From: Flavobacteriales bacterium
Lineage (GTDB): Bacteria > Bacteroidota > Bacteroidia > Flavobacteriales_F > PHOS-HE28
Direction of reading: 5' to 3'
DNA: 64,000 bases
Assembly: GCA_044226515.1 (NCBI GenBank)
Contig: JBGAGX010000011.1
Location: 31,085-95,084, forward strand
The notes beneath the pieces are model-generated. The model was not told where the DNA came from and ran no database searches. It saw nothing but the letters and a program-made list of their open reading frames with translations. The first letter of the stretch is position 1. Each line of letters opens with the position of its first letter. A program made the translations under genes and the position numbers. Of the stretch, positions 30,331 to 41,200 are shown one piece after another.

Positions 30331-31551
30331 TCAGAACGCGGCCAGCAGGATGTCCAGGTCCTTGTACGGCAGCCGGAACGCCTCGCTCAGGATCTCGCTG
30401 GTGAGCGCCCCGTTGTACAGGTACACGCCGTGGCGGATGCCGAGGTCCTTCTTGATCAGCTCCTCGAAGCCGCCGCGGTCGCCCATGGTGAGCAGCAGGG
30501 GTCCGAAGATGTTGCTGAGCGCATAGCTGGCGGTGCGCGGCACGCGGCTGGCGATGTTGGGCACGCAATAGTGGATCACGCCGTACTCCTTGAACACCGG
30601 ATCGGTGTGCGTGGTCACATGGCTGGTCTCGAAGCACCCGCCGCGGTCGATGCTCACGTCCACGATCACGCTGCCGGCCTTCATCTCGCTCACCATGTCC
30701 TCGGTGACGACCATGGGGGTGCGGCCGTGCTCGGGGCGCAGCGCGCCGATGGCCACATCGGCCTGCATGAGCGCCTGCTTCAGCTCCTCGGGCTGGATGA
30801 CGCTGGTGAAGATCCGCTGGCCCAGGTCGCTCTGCAGCCGGCGCAGGCGGTAGATGCTCTTGTCGAAGACCTTCACGCTGGCGCCGAGGCCCATGGCGGC
30901 GCGTGTGGCGAACTCGCCCACGGTGCCCGCGCCGATGATCACCACCTCGGCCGGGGCCACGCCGCTGATGCCACCGAGCATGAGGCCCTGTCCGCCCTTG
31001 TCGCTGCTGAGGTACTCGGCGGCGATCTGGATGCAGGTGTTGCCCGCGATCTCGCCCATGGCGCGGATGATGGTGTAGATGCCCTCGCGGTCCTTGATGA
31101 AATCCCAGGCCACGGCGGTCACCTTCTTCTCCATCATCTTGCGCAGCGCATCCTTGGGCTGCACGGTGAGCTGAAGGGCCGAGATGAGGATCTGCCTCGG
31201 CCGCAGCATCTCGATCTCCTTGAGGCTGGGCGGCGCCACCTTGATGATGAGGTCGGCCTTGAAGACCTCCTCGGCGCTCTCCACCACCTGCGCCCCCGCC
31301 TCGGTGTAGTCGTTGTCCTGGAACTGCACGGCCTGGCCCACGCCGCGTTCCACCAGCACATCGTGCCCGCGGCTCACGAGGGTGGCCACGGCGGTGGGCG
31401 TCAGGGGCACGCGGTGCTCCTGGAAGCTGGTCTCCTTCGGGATGCCGATGAACAGGTTGCGGCCCTTGCGGCCTGCCTCCATGGCCTGTTCCTGGGGGAG
31501 CAGCGCCACCTCGCGGGCGAGCTGCTTGAGGAGTTCCTGGCTGGTGCTCAT
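30331..31551 (-). CDS. ald: alanine dehydrogenase / PNT-family NAD(H)-dependent dehydrogenase
   Basis: Trimmed to ATG at 31551 ('MSTSQELLKQLA'). 'GIPKETSFQEHRVPLTPTAVATLVSRGHDVLVERGVG' and 'VIIGAGTVGEFATRAAMGLGASVKVFD' Rossmann motif of the AlaDH/PNT family. Confidence 0.75.
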   Translation of the reverse strand: MSTSQELLKQLAREVALLPQEQAMEAGRKGRNLFIGIPKETSFQEHRVPLTPTAVATLVSRGHDVLVERGVGQAVQFQDNDYTEAGAQVVESAEEVFKADLIIKVAPPSLKEIEMLRPRQILISALQLTVQPKDALRKMMEKKVTAVAWDFIKDREGIYTIIRAMGEIAGNTCIQIAAEYLSSDKGGQGLMLGGISGVAPAEVVIIGAGTVGEFATRAAMGLGASVKVFDKSIYRLRRLQSDLGQRIFTSVIQPEELKQALMQADVAIGALRPEHGRTPMVVTEDMVSEMKAGSVIVDVSIDRGGCFETSHVTTHTDPVFKEYGVIHYCVPNIASRVPRTASYALSNIFGPLLLTMGDRGGFEELIKKDLGIRHGVYLYNGALTSEILSEAFRLPYKDLDILLAAF

Positions 31552-32000
31552 GCGACGGGCGCCGCGGCGCGCGGCGCGGGATTGAGGTCGAGCTGCACGG
31601 TGCGCTCCCCGTTGCCCAGGGCCTGCAGGCGCACCCACACGGTATCGGCCGGCAGCAGGTCCCGCGCCAGCTCGGGCCATTCCACGAAGCAGTAGCGCCC
31701 GCTGTCGATGTACTCGGTGAAGCCCACCTGCTCCAGTTCGCTCACGTCCTTCAGGCGGTACAGGTCGAAGTGGTACACCGGTCCGTCCGCGCCGGCGTAC
31801 TCGTTCACGATGCTGAAGCTGGGGCTCGCCGTGCCGCCAACCACGCCGAGCTCAGCGCACAGCGCCTTGATCAGGGTGGTCTTGCCCGCGCCCAGCTCGC
31901 CCCGGAAGGCGAACACGCGGCGGTCGTCGCAGCCGTGCAGCAGGGCCGCGGCCAGTTCAGGGGCTTCGTTGGCGTGCGAAAGGCGGAGCACGGCGCTCAT
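31548..32000 (-). CDS. tsaE: tRNA threonylcarbamoyladenosine biosynthesis protein TsaE
   Basis: 'FAFRGELGAGKTTLIKALCAELGV...ASPSFSIVNEY...VYHFDLYRL' is the TsaE/YjeE P-loop signature. Stop overlaps the ald start (ATGA). Confidence 0.85.
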   Translation of the reverse strand: MSAVLRLSHANEAPELAAALLHGCDDRRVFAFRGELGAGKTTLIKALCAELGVVGGTASPSFSIVNEYAGADGPVYHFDLYRLKDVSELEQVGFTEYIDSGRYCFVEWPELARDLLPADTVWVRLQALGNGERTVQLDLNPAPRAAAPVA

Positions 32001-32003
32001 GCG

Positions 32004-33560
32004 TCAGCGGGGTTTGAGGTAGGCCACCGGCACGATCATCTCCTCCAGGGAGATGCCGCCGTGCTGGAAGGTGTTGCGGTAGAAGTTGACGAAGTGGTTG
32101 TAGTTGTTCGGGTACACGAAGAAGAGGTCCTTCTTCGCGAACACGTACACCGTGCTCACGTTGGCCTTCGGCAGGAAGGCCTTCGCCGGGTCCTTTATGG
32201 CGAGCACATCGCGGTCCTCGTAGGTGAGGTTGCGACCGTGCTTGTAGCGCAGGTTGGTGTTGGTGTTGCGGTCGCCCACCACCTTGCTCGGCTCGGTGAC
32301 ACGGATGGTGCCGTGGTCCGTGGTGATCACCATGCGGCCGCCGCGCTCGGCGATGCCCTTCACGATGTCGAACAGCGGGCTGTGCTCGAACCAGCTCTTG
32401 GTGATGCTGCGGTAGGCGGCATCGTCCTCGGCCAGCTCGCGGATCACCTCCATCTCCGTGCGCGCATGGCTCAGCATGTCCACGAAGTTGTACACGATGG
32501 CGTTGAAGGGGTTGCCCATCAGGTTGCCCAGGTTCTCCGCCAGCTTGCGGCCCTGGGCCTGCGTGGTGATCTTGTGGTAGCTGTGCTTCACACCCTTCCC
32601 CAGCCGCTTCAGCTGGTCGGCCAGGAACTCCTCCTCGTGGGCGTTCTTGCTGCCCTCCTCGTCCTCAGTGATCCACCTGCCGGGGAAGCGCTTCTCGATC
32701 TCGCCGGGCATGAGGCCCGCGAACAGGGCGTTCCGCGCGTACTGCGTGGCCGTGGGCAGGATGCTGTAGAAGGTGCCCTGCTCCTCCACCTTGAAGAACT
32801 CGCCGATGATCGGCTCCAGCACCCGCCACTGGTCGAGCCGAAGGTTGTCGATGAGCACCAGGAAGAGCGGGGAGCCCCCCTCCTGGATGTGCGGGGCCAC
32901 CTTGGTCTTGAACAGGTTGTGGCTCTGCAGGGGAACGTCGCCGCCCTTGCCGTTCACCCAATCGACGTAGTGGTCGGCCACGAAACGGCTGAAGAGCTCG
33001 TTGGCCTCGGCCTTCTGCGAGCGCAGGATCTCGTGCATGCCGGGATCGGCGCTGCCGCTGAGGTCCAGCTCCCACCGCACGATCTCGTCGTACAGCGCGG
33101 CCCAGCCCTTGGTGTCGTGCTTGTCGCCCAGGCGCATGCTCAGCCGCCCGAACTGCTGCTGGTAGTTGGTGCTGGTGCGTTCGCTCACCAGGCGCCGGCC
33201 CTCCAGGTGCTTCTTCAGGCTCAGCAGGATCTGGTTGGGGTTCACCGGCTTGATCAGGTAGTCGCTGATCTTGCTGCCGATGGCCTCCTCCATGATGTGC
33301 TCCTCCTCGCTCTTGGTGATCATGATCACCGGGGTGTGCGGGGCGATGGCCTTCACCCGGCTCAGGGTCTCCAGCCCGCTGAGGCCGGGCATGTTCTCGT
33401 CGAGGAAGATGATGTCGTACTCCTGCTTCCCCACCTTCTCCACCGCATCGAGGCCGTTGTTCACGGTGTCCACCGCATAGCCCTTGTCCTGCAGGAACAG
33501 CACATGCGGCCGCAGCAGGTCGATCTCGTCGTCAGCCCAGAGGATGTTCGCGCTCATCAA
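32004..33560 (-). CDS. porX: PorX-like T9SS response regulator (CheY receiver + PglZ/alkaline-phosphatase-like domain)
   Basis: 518 aa. 'ILWADDEIDLLRPHVLFLQDKGYAVDTVNNGLDAVEKV...DIIFLDENMPGLSGLETLSRVK' receiver domain followed by a PglZ-like domain. Length and architecture match PorX. Confidence 0.8.
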   Translation of the reverse strand: MMSANILWADDEIDLLRPHVLFLQDKGYAVDTVNNGLDAVEKVGKQEYDIIFLDENMPGLSGLETLSRVKAIAPHTPVIMITKSEEEHIMEEAIGSKISDYLIKPVNPNQILLSLKKHLEGRRLVSERTSTNYQQQFGRLSMRLGDKHDTKGWAALYDEIVRWELDLSGSADPGMHEILRSQKAEANELFSRFVADHYVDWVNGKGGDVPLQSHNLFKTKVAPHIQEGGSPLFLVLIDNLRLDQWRVLEPIIGEFFKVEEQGTFYSILPTATQYARNALFAGLMPGEIEKRFPGRWITEDEEGSKNAHEEEFLADQLKRLGKGVKHSYHKITTQAQGRKLAENLGNLMGNPFNAIVYNFVDMLSHARTEMEVIRELAEDDAAYRSITKSWFEHSPLFDIVKGIAERGGRMVITTDHGTIRVTEPSKVVGDRNTNTNLRYKHGRNLTYEDRDVLAIKDPAKAFLPKANVSTVYVFAKKDLFFVYPNNYNHFVNFYRNTFQHGGISLEEMIVPVAYLKPR

Positions 33561-33670
33561 GTCCGTCCCACAGCGGTTTTTCGCCTGACCATCAGCGCCG
33601 AAGGCGCCGGGCTTCCGCTATTTTCGGCCCGTGAATTTACGGCCTTTCCGCCACCCCTGACCGCCCGCCC

Positions 33671-34912
33671 TTGAGCACCCGGAAGAAGATCCTCAACGAC
33701 CCCATCTACGGCTTCATCACCGTGCCGCACCCCACGGTGCTGGCCCTGATCGACCACCCGTGGTTCCAGCGGCTGCGCTACATCAAGCAGCTGGGCCTGG
33801 GCCACCTGGTGTACCCCGGCGCGCTCCATACCCGTTTCCACCACGCCCTTGGCGCCATGCACCTCATGGGCCTGGCCATCGGCACCCTGCGCGACAAGGG
33901 GCACGCCATCAGCGACGAGGAGGCCCTGGGCGCCGCCATCGCCATCCTGCTGCACGACGTGGGGCACGGCCCCTTCAGCCACGCCTTGGAGCACAGCCTG
34001 GTGGAGGGCATCGGGCACGAGGACGTGAGCGCCCTGGTGATGAACCGCCTCAACGCGGAGCTGGGCGGCGCGCTGTCGTTGGGCCTGCGGATCTTCCGCG
34101 ATGAACATCCCCGCCACGCCCTGCACCAGCTGGTGAGCAGCCAGCTCGATGTGGACCGCATGGACTACCTGAACCGCGACAGCTTCTACACCGGGGTGAG
34201 CGAGGGCGTGATCGGCGGCGACCGCATCATCAAGATGCTGGAGATCGTGGACGACCGCCTGGTGGTGGAGGAGAAGGCCATCTACAGCATCGAGAAGTTC
34301 ATCGTGGCGCGGCGGCTCATGTACTGGCAGGTGTACCTGCACAAGACCGTGGTGGCCTGCGAGCTGATGCTGGTGGAGACCCTGCGCCGCGCCAAGCAAC
34401 TGGCGATGGCCGGCACGCCCGTGTTCGCCAGCCCCGCGCTGCAGCGCTTCCTCAGCGCCCGCCTCACCCGCGCCAGCTTCGACGACCCCGCCGTGCTCAA
34501 CGACTTCCTGCGGCTGGACGACCACGACATCATGGGCGCGGTGAAGGTGTGGATGCACCACCCGGACCCGGTGCTGGCGCGCCTGAGCAGCGACCTGGTG
34601 GAGCGCCGCAACCTGCGCATCCGCCTGCGCGACATCCCCTGGGAGCCCACGCGCATCGACGCGCTGAAGCAGGCCGTGGCCAGGCACCTGAAGATACCCC
34701 TTGCCGACGCCGACCGCTTCGTGCTCACCGGCAGCATCGTCAACAATGCCTACGATGCCGGCTACGACCGCATCGAACTGCTCTACAAGGACGGCTCCGT
34801 GCGCGACATCGCCGAGGCCAGCGACAACCTCGGCATCCAGGCCATGGCGCGGCCGGTGACGAAGTACTACCTGGCGTGGCCGCGGTGGTTGGGGGCGGAG
34901 GTGATTGACTGA
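33671..34912 (+). CDS. HD domain-containing phosphohydrolase (dGTPase-like)
   Basis: TTG start at 33671. 'HTRFHHALGAMHLMG...LLHDVGHGPFSHALE...DVDRMDYLNRDSFYTGV' HD motifs. Divergent from porX. Confidence 0.75.
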   Translation: MSTRKKILNDPIYGFITVPHPTVLALIDHPWFQRLRYIKQLGLGHLVYPGALHTRFHHALGAMHLMGLAIGTLRDKGHAISDEEALGAAIAILLHDVGHGPFSHALEHSLVEGIGHEDVSALVMNRLNAELGGALSLGLRIFRDEHPRHALHQLVSSQLDVDRMDYLNRDSFYTGVSEGVIGGDRIIKMLEIVDDRLVVEEKAIYSIEKFIVARRLMYWQVYLHKTVVACELMLVETLRRAKQLAMAGTPVFASPALQRFLSARLTRASFDDPAVLNDFLRLDDHDIMGAVKVWMHHPDPVLARLSSDLVERRNLRIRLRDIPWEPTRIDALKQAVARHLKIPLADADRFVLTGSIVNNAYDAGYDRIELLYKDGSVRDIAEASDNLGIQAMARPVTKYYLAWPRWLGAEVID

Positions 34913-34926
34913 CCCGCGCGGAGCGC

Positions 34927-37335
34927 TCAGTACTTGATGAAGCGTGCGGCTTGGGTTCCTTGCTCGTTCACCGTGCGCAACACATAGGCACCCGGGGCGA
35001 GCGATCGGACAAGAATGCGTGCCGAGCTACCGCTCGTTCTGCCGCTTAGGACGAATGTTCCGGCTGCATCCGTGATCGTCCATGGTGTTCCAAGGGATAA
35101 CCCTTGGCCGGAGAGGAAAAGCTCATCCGATACCGGGTTGGGTGAAAGCCGGAACTGGTCATTGGGCACCGACTCCATGCTCGCTGTTTGATCGACCACG
35201 AACACGGCCGGGGCGGTGATGACCGGCTCGTTGAAGTCGAAGTAGATGTTCGCGGAGTTGCTCACGGAATCACCGACCTGAAGCGATTGATCCGGTCGGA
35301 CCCGGAAACGCACGAAACCATGGCTGCCAGGCTCATCAGCTGTGCTGCCGGGCAGCATGATGTCGTCGAAGACGAAGCTGGCGACCCGGCCATGGATGCT
35401 CCAGGTCATGGGGTGACTGAAGCCCAGCACCTCGAGCGTACCGACCTCGAGATCCGTGCTGAGGGTATCCGTGATCACCACTCGGGCGGCCAGGAAGTTG
35501 CCGGTATTCTGGAAGCGAATGGTGTAGGTAACAGGCGTGCCCAAGGCCACCTCGTCCGGGGATAGGACCGAGGGCGACACCTGCTTGTCATTCGGATCAA
35601 AGGCCCCGACCACGGAGCCTTGAAAAACCATGCTGTTGTCGGCAGGTACCAGATCGCCAGCGATCGGCAACACCACCACTTGTTGACTGAAAGGTGTACC
35701 GAACTGGACGACTTCGGTATGCACAAGGACCTTGATCGTGACCCATGCCCCAGGCTGAAGTGTGCTGAAAGACCACTCGCAGATCTGGCCGCTTTGGAAG
35801 GAAGGCGTAAGATCACTGCTGATGAACGAACAGACCGTATCCAAGGTGAGCGTCGCGGTCGCGGTCACAGCCACCGTTCCTGTGTTTCGGACCACCAGCC
35901 ACAGGTTATTATCGAACCCGGACCACGCATGGTCTTGCACCACCTCCACGCGGATGTCCTGCATACCGGGAATGTTCACATATCCGAAATCGTTCAGGCT
36001 GTCCTGATCGGCTGGCGCGAGCAGGTTGGCAGTATGCGCCAATGGAGCCACCGAAGATGAGTAGGAGCTGGGAGATGCAGTGATGGTGTATGCCCCAGGA
36101 CCCGCGGCGGCCTGGTAGAAACCAGCAGCATCGCTCCAGACCGAACCGAGATCCGGCTGAAGGTCCACCTGGCTGTATGGTTGCGAAGGCTCCCCTAAGT
36201 CACGAACGCCATTCGCATTCAGGTCCTGGTAAGTGGTCCCAGTGATCCTTGGTGTGACACAAGCCGGACCATAAATGCTGCAAGGACGGCTACGCATCCA
36301 GACGGGGTAAAGTGTGAAAGCGTTCGTTGGGTAGTTGGGTATGCAATCAAATCCATTGAACTCCACATAGACGATCATGCTATCATGAAGCCAAGGCAAG
36401 CAGGTCACCAGCGGGCAACTTGCAACCTCAAGCACACCCAATCGAGGCGGTAAAGGGTCCGGGATCTCCTGGATCAGTGGCGAGGAATGAACACCCAGAA
36501 AACCAAGGGTCGCATTCAAACCGCCTATTGAATCAAGGCCTGCCAATTGATCCAAGTACAAAAAAGAACAGGAGTCCGGCAGAGGTGGCAACGTGCCGGT
36601 CAGACCAGGCAAGATCCGTAGATCAATCTCCCGCAACGAATCGGACCATGTGGGCCAGGTGTTGAACAGGGGCAAATACCAAAGCCTCAATTGCCGGAGC
36701 GTCTGAGGGATCCACGGCAACGCGGTGACCAGCGGACAGTTCTCTATCGCGAGCGACTCGATTCCGACCGGCAGTGCCGGTGGTCCGCTGAACTGCGGAG
36801 CATTGGCCACCCGCAGACCACGCAATGAGCCGGGCAGGGCAGGAAGTTGGACCAGGTTGGACATTTGATCGAGACCCAGGGACTCCAGCTCGGGAGGTAG
36901 CGTGCCGATGGTATCGACCCCGCATCGGTAAAGGCCCATTACCTGGAGCTTGGGCGGCAGGTTCGGCAACGAAGTGAGTTCCTCATAGTCCTCCATCCAC
37001 AACGTTCGAAGCGAGTCTGGAAAAGCCAGGATGGTCGCCAAGCTGAATGCATCATCACTGGACCCCATGCTCAAGTGCCTGCAATTGGGCAGCGCCTCGA
37101 ATCCGGTCAGGTCATAGCCGCTCCAGGTCATTATGCTGAAAGAAGTATCAGCCAGAATGTCCGGATCACTCGGATCGAACCATCCGTTCGCATCCACACA
37201 GGTGGCTGAGTAGGATGTGAGCCAGTTCCGCAGGTTGGTGTCCGGAATGAAAACCAACTGGGCGAGGCCGCTATGCCACACGCCCACCAAGAACAGGGCG
37301 AGCAAAAGGATCCTGCGACAGGATGATGGAACCAT
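34927..37335 (-). CDS. LRR-like repeat secreted protein with DPNDK module and T9SS type-A CTD
   Basis: Signal 'MVPSSCRRILLLALFLVGVWHSGLAQ'. Repeated 'LP.LP..L..L' leucine-rich segments. 'GAFDPNDKQVSPS...TYTIRFQNTGNFLAARVVITD'. C-terminus 'FRLSPNPVSDELFLSG...GAYVLRTVNEQGTQAARFIKY'. Confidence 0.7.
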   Translation of the reverse strand: MVPSSCRRILLLALFLVGVWHSGLAQLVFIPDTNLRNWLTSYSATCVDANGWFDPSDPDILADTSFSIMTWSGYDLTGFEALPNCRHLSMGSSDDAFSLATILAFPDSLRTLWMEDYEELTSLPNLPPKLQVMGLYRCGVDTIGTLPPELESLGLDQMSNLVQLPALPGSLRGLRVANAPQFSGPPALPVGIESLAIENCPLVTALPWIPQTLRQLRLWYLPLFNTWPTWSDSLREIDLRILPGLTGTLPPLPDSCSFLYLDQLAGLDSIGGLNATLGFLGVHSSPLIQEIPDPLPPRLGVLEVASCPLVTCLPWLHDSMIVYVEFNGFDCIPNYPTNAFTLYPVWMRSRPCSIYGPACVTPRITGTTYQDLNANGVRDLGEPSQPYSQVDLQPDLGSVWSDAAGFYQAAAGPGAYTITASPSSYSSSVAPLAHTANLLAPADQDSLNDFGYVNIPGMQDIRVEVVQDHAWSGFDNNLWLVVRNTGTVAVTATATLTLDTVCSFISSDLTPSFQSGQICEWSFSTLQPGAWVTIKVLVHTEVVQFGTPFSQQVVVLPIAGDLVPADNSMVFQGSVVGAFDPNDKQVSPSVLSPDEVALGTPVTYTIRFQNTGNFLAARVVITDTLSTDLEVGTLEVLGFSHPMTWSIHGRVASFVFDDIMLPGSTADEPGSHGFVRFRVRPDQSLQVGDSVSNSANIYFDFNEPVITAPAVFVVDQTASMESVPNDQFRLSPNPVSDELFLSGQGLSLGTPWTITDAAGTFVLSGRTSGSSARILVRSLAPGAYVLRTVNEQGTQAARFIKY

Positions 37336-37392
37336 GCGTGTTCAGATATTGGAAATCGAAGCTACGCCCTGTTCGTTTCCTTTGCGTGAACC

Positions 37393-38169
37393 ATGCCCAA
37401 GACCATCCTCATCACCGGCGCCACCAGCGGCTTCGGTGAGGCCACGGCCCGCCGCTTCGCGGCTGAAGGCCACCGCGTGATCATCACCGGCCGCCGCAAG
37501 GAACGCCTCGAGGCCCTGCGCCAGGAGCTCGAAGGCCTGTACGGCAGCCTCGATGCCCATGACCGCGTGCACGCCCTGCACTTCGACGTGCGCGACCACG
37601 ATGCCGTGGTGCGCGCCATCGCGTCCCTGCCCCAAGCGTGGAGCACCATCGACGTGCTGGTGAACAACGCCGGCCTGGCCGCGGGCCTCGACCCCATCCA
37701 GGAGGGCGACCTCGACGATTGGGAGCGCATGCTCGACACCAACGTGAAAGGGCTGCTGTACGTGACGCGCGCCGTGATGCCGGGCATGATCGCCCGCAAG
37801 GCCGGCCACATCATCAACATCGGCAGCACGGCCGGCAAGGAGGTGTACCCCAAGGGCAACGTGTACTGCGCCAGCAAGCACGCGGTGGACGCCCTCACCA
37901 AGGCCTTCCGCCAGGACCTGCTCCCCTACGGCATCAAGGTTTCGCAGATCGCGCCCGGCATGGCCGAAACGGAGTTCAGCGTGGTGCGCTTCCACGGCGA
38001 CGAGGCGCGTGCGAAGCAGGTGTACCAAGGGCTTCAGCCCCTGCGCCCCGAGGACATCGCCGAGCTGGTGTTCTATGTGACCACCCTGCCGCCGCACGTG
38101 TGCGTGAACGACCTGGTGGTGACGCCAACAGCACAGGCGAACAGCACCACGGTGCACCGCGCAAGCTGA
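37393..38169 (+). CDS. SDR family NADP-dependent oxidoreductase (YdfG/serine 3-dehydrogenase-like)
   Basis: 'ILITGATSGFGEATARRFAAEGHRVIITGRR' TGxxxGxG. 'YCASKHAVDALTKAF' YxxxK catalytic motif. Confidence 0.85.
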   Translation: MPKTILITGATSGFGEATARRFAAEGHRVIITGRRKERLEALRQELEGLYGSLDAHDRVHALHFDVRDHDAVVRAIASLPQAWSTIDVLVNNAGLAAGLDPIQEGDLDDWERMLDTNVKGLLYVTRAVMPGMIARKAGHIINIGSTAGKEVYPKGNVYCASKHAVDALTKAFRQDLLPYGIKVSQIAPGMAETEFSVVRFHGDEARAKQVYQGLQPLRPEDIAELVFYVTTLPPHVCVNDLVVTPTAQANSTTVHRAS

Positions 38170-38217
38170 GGAGCAACCTTCCCAACGACGCTTCGTCACG
38201 AATTGAAAGCCCACACC

Positions 38218-41200
38218 ATGCATCACTTCCATGCCACCCTGCTGGTGTTGTTCAGCGGAACAGCCACCGCGCAGTTCGGGCCGGAGCTCATCGCGTACGA
38301 CTCCGATCTGGACTACCCCACCTGCCTGGCCCTGGCCGACCTGGACAACGACGGCGACCTGGACATGGTGGTGGGCGATTCCGAGCGCACGCTGGTGATG
38401 TGGAACAACGGTGGCGGGACCTTCAGCGAAGGGCCGGTGGTGGGCGTGGGCATGGCGAGCATCCTCCGCGTGGCCGACGTGAACGGGGACGGTCACCCCG
38501 ATATCCTCTCCGGCGGAAGCGGCTTCGGTGGGGTGTACGGCTTCGGACCCTACCTCAACGACGGCAATGGCAACTTCATCGCAGGCACCGCCGTCAGTAT
38601 TTCTTTCACGAAGACCTATGGGTTGGCCGTGGCCGATCTGGACAGCGACGGCGACCTGGACCTGGCGAGCCGTGCGCCCAACAATCTCCGCGTGTTCTGG
38701 AACGACGGCACAGGCGTGTACACGCCGGGCTCCACCCTGAGCACCAACAGCAGCAGTGGCACGGCACAGGTGGTGGCCTTCGATGCCGATGGCGACGGTG
38801 ACAACGACCTGGCCGTGCTCGGCAATGTGGTGCAGGCCGGCCTGTATGTGAACCTGGGCGGTGGCTCCTTCGCAGCCGCCACGCCCATCACCGGCGCCGG
38901 CGCCACCTACCTGAGCACCGTGTGGGACAAGGAGGGCGATGGCGACCTCGACCTCTTCATGGCCGGGCCGCGCTGGTTGATGAACGACGGGAGCGGGACC
39001 TTCACCAACGGCGACACGCTCTCCACCGGCGGTGTGACCGGCGTGGCCGGTGATCCCGACCAGGATGGCGACCCGGACCTGTTCTACGGCAACACCACCG
39101 ACCTCAACGTGCGCGAGCTCCGCAATGAGGGCACCACGGTCACCGCGTTGGTGATCGAGACCGTGCAGGCCTATTCCCTGCAGGGCGTGACCTGCGCGCT
39201 CGGCGACATCAATGGCGATGGCCGGCTGGACCTGGCGATGTGCAACGGCTCGAGCGTGCTGGGCTGGTACGCCGGCGACGGGGCCAACGGTTGGAGCTTG
39301 CGCCACACCGTGGGGCAGGTGCTCACATGGCCGAGCGAAGCCTTGGCCGCTGACATGGACCTGGACGGTGACCTGGACCTCGTGGCGCTCGGATCGCGTG
39401 ACGACCGCATCGCCTGGTACCCCAACGATGGCACCGGCACCCTCGGGCCGCAGCAGCCCATGGCCGACAACATGGACAACCCGGCGGATGTGGACATCTT
39501 CGACATCGACCAGGACGGCGACAGCGACGTGGTGCTCTACAACAAGAACGCAGGGACCGTGGTGCGCTTGCGCAACGTGGGCATGGGCCTGTTCGTGGCG
39601 GACACCCTTGCCGTACAGGCCGGTCCCATCGCGCACGGTCACCTCAATGCCGACCCCTACCCCGACCTGGTGTGCGGCGATGCCTGGTACCTGAACGACG
39701 GCAACGGGGGCTTCCTCTTCCAAGTGGACCTGGGGCTGAGCATCACGAACGGAGTGGCCTGTGGCGACATGGACGGTGACGGCCTGGACGATATCGTGCT
39801 CGCGGCCGGCCAGGTGGTGGTGATCACCGCGATCAACGGCGTGAACCACACCCAATCCACCACCAGCGGCGATCCGTGGCGGGTGGAGCTGGCCGACCTC
39901 GACGTGGATGGCGATCTCGACGTGGTGGGCATGAACCCCAGCACCAGCCAGCATTGGTTCGCGAACGACGGCAACGGCCAGTTGGGCGCAGCGCAGCTCT
40001 GGGCCACGGGCCTGCCGGGCAGCCCCATCGCCATGGTGGTGCGCGACCTTACCGGCGATGGCGCACCCGACATCGTGTGGTCGTACTCCAATGGCTACAC
40101 GCACCGGATGTACTACGTGCTGAACAACGGCAACGGCACCATGGGGCCGAACACGCTGGCGGCCGATGCGAACCGCGGGTATACCGCCCCGGGCCTCGCC
40201 GACCTCGATGGCGACCTGGTGGAGGACCTGTTCTGTGCGAACGCGGACGGCACCATCACCCTCCAGCAGAACCACTTCCACAACGCCTTCCGCCTGCGCG
40301 GCTCCGTCTTCCTCGACTTCGACCAGAACGGAGTGCTCGACGCCACCGACCTGAAGGTGCCCTATCGGCTGGTTCGCACGGATGCGAACAACGTGCTTGT
40401 GTGGACCAACGGCCTGGGCGACCACGACCTGCCCGCCGACACGGGCACCTGGCACCTGTGGCATACGCCTGCCGCCATCTACGATGTGACCAACACGCCG
40501 GACACGCTCGAGGCCACGCTCACCAGCATGGACCCGATCGCCGAGCACCTCGATATCGGGCTGGCACCCGCGCTTGATGACACCGCCGCCTTCCTCACCA
40601 TCACCCCCATCAACCCGCGCTGCAACACGGCGAGCGCCCTGCAGATGGTGCTCCGCAACACGGGCACCTTCATTCCCGAGAACATCGTGGTGCACCTCAC
40701 CATCGTGAGCGGCCTTACGATCAACGGGGTGTTCCCGACGCCCACGCTGCAGCAGGGCAACGACCTCTATTGGAGCATCGACAGCCTGGGCTGGTTCCAG
40801 GCCTGGTACGCCTGGGTGGATGTGACCACGGGCAACGCCGGCGAGATCGCGGACTACGGCTACGAGATCACGGCCGACGGCCTGCCCGATCCGATCCTGA
40901 TGCCGCACCTCGGCTTCACCATCCTCTGCGCGTTCGACCCCAACGACAAGCAGGTGCAGCCCGCAGGCCATGGCATGGCGGGCGCGATCCCGGTGGACAC
41001 CGACTGGCTGGACTACACCGTGCGGTTCCAGAACACCGGTACGGACACGGCGATCACCGTGACGATCCTCGACACCTTGGACCTGGACCTGGACGAGACC
41101 TCGATGGAGGTGCTCGATGCTTCGCATCCGCTCACGCATATCCAGGTGGATGCGGACCGCGTGGCGATGTTCCGCTTCGCCGGGATCATGCTGCCGGACA

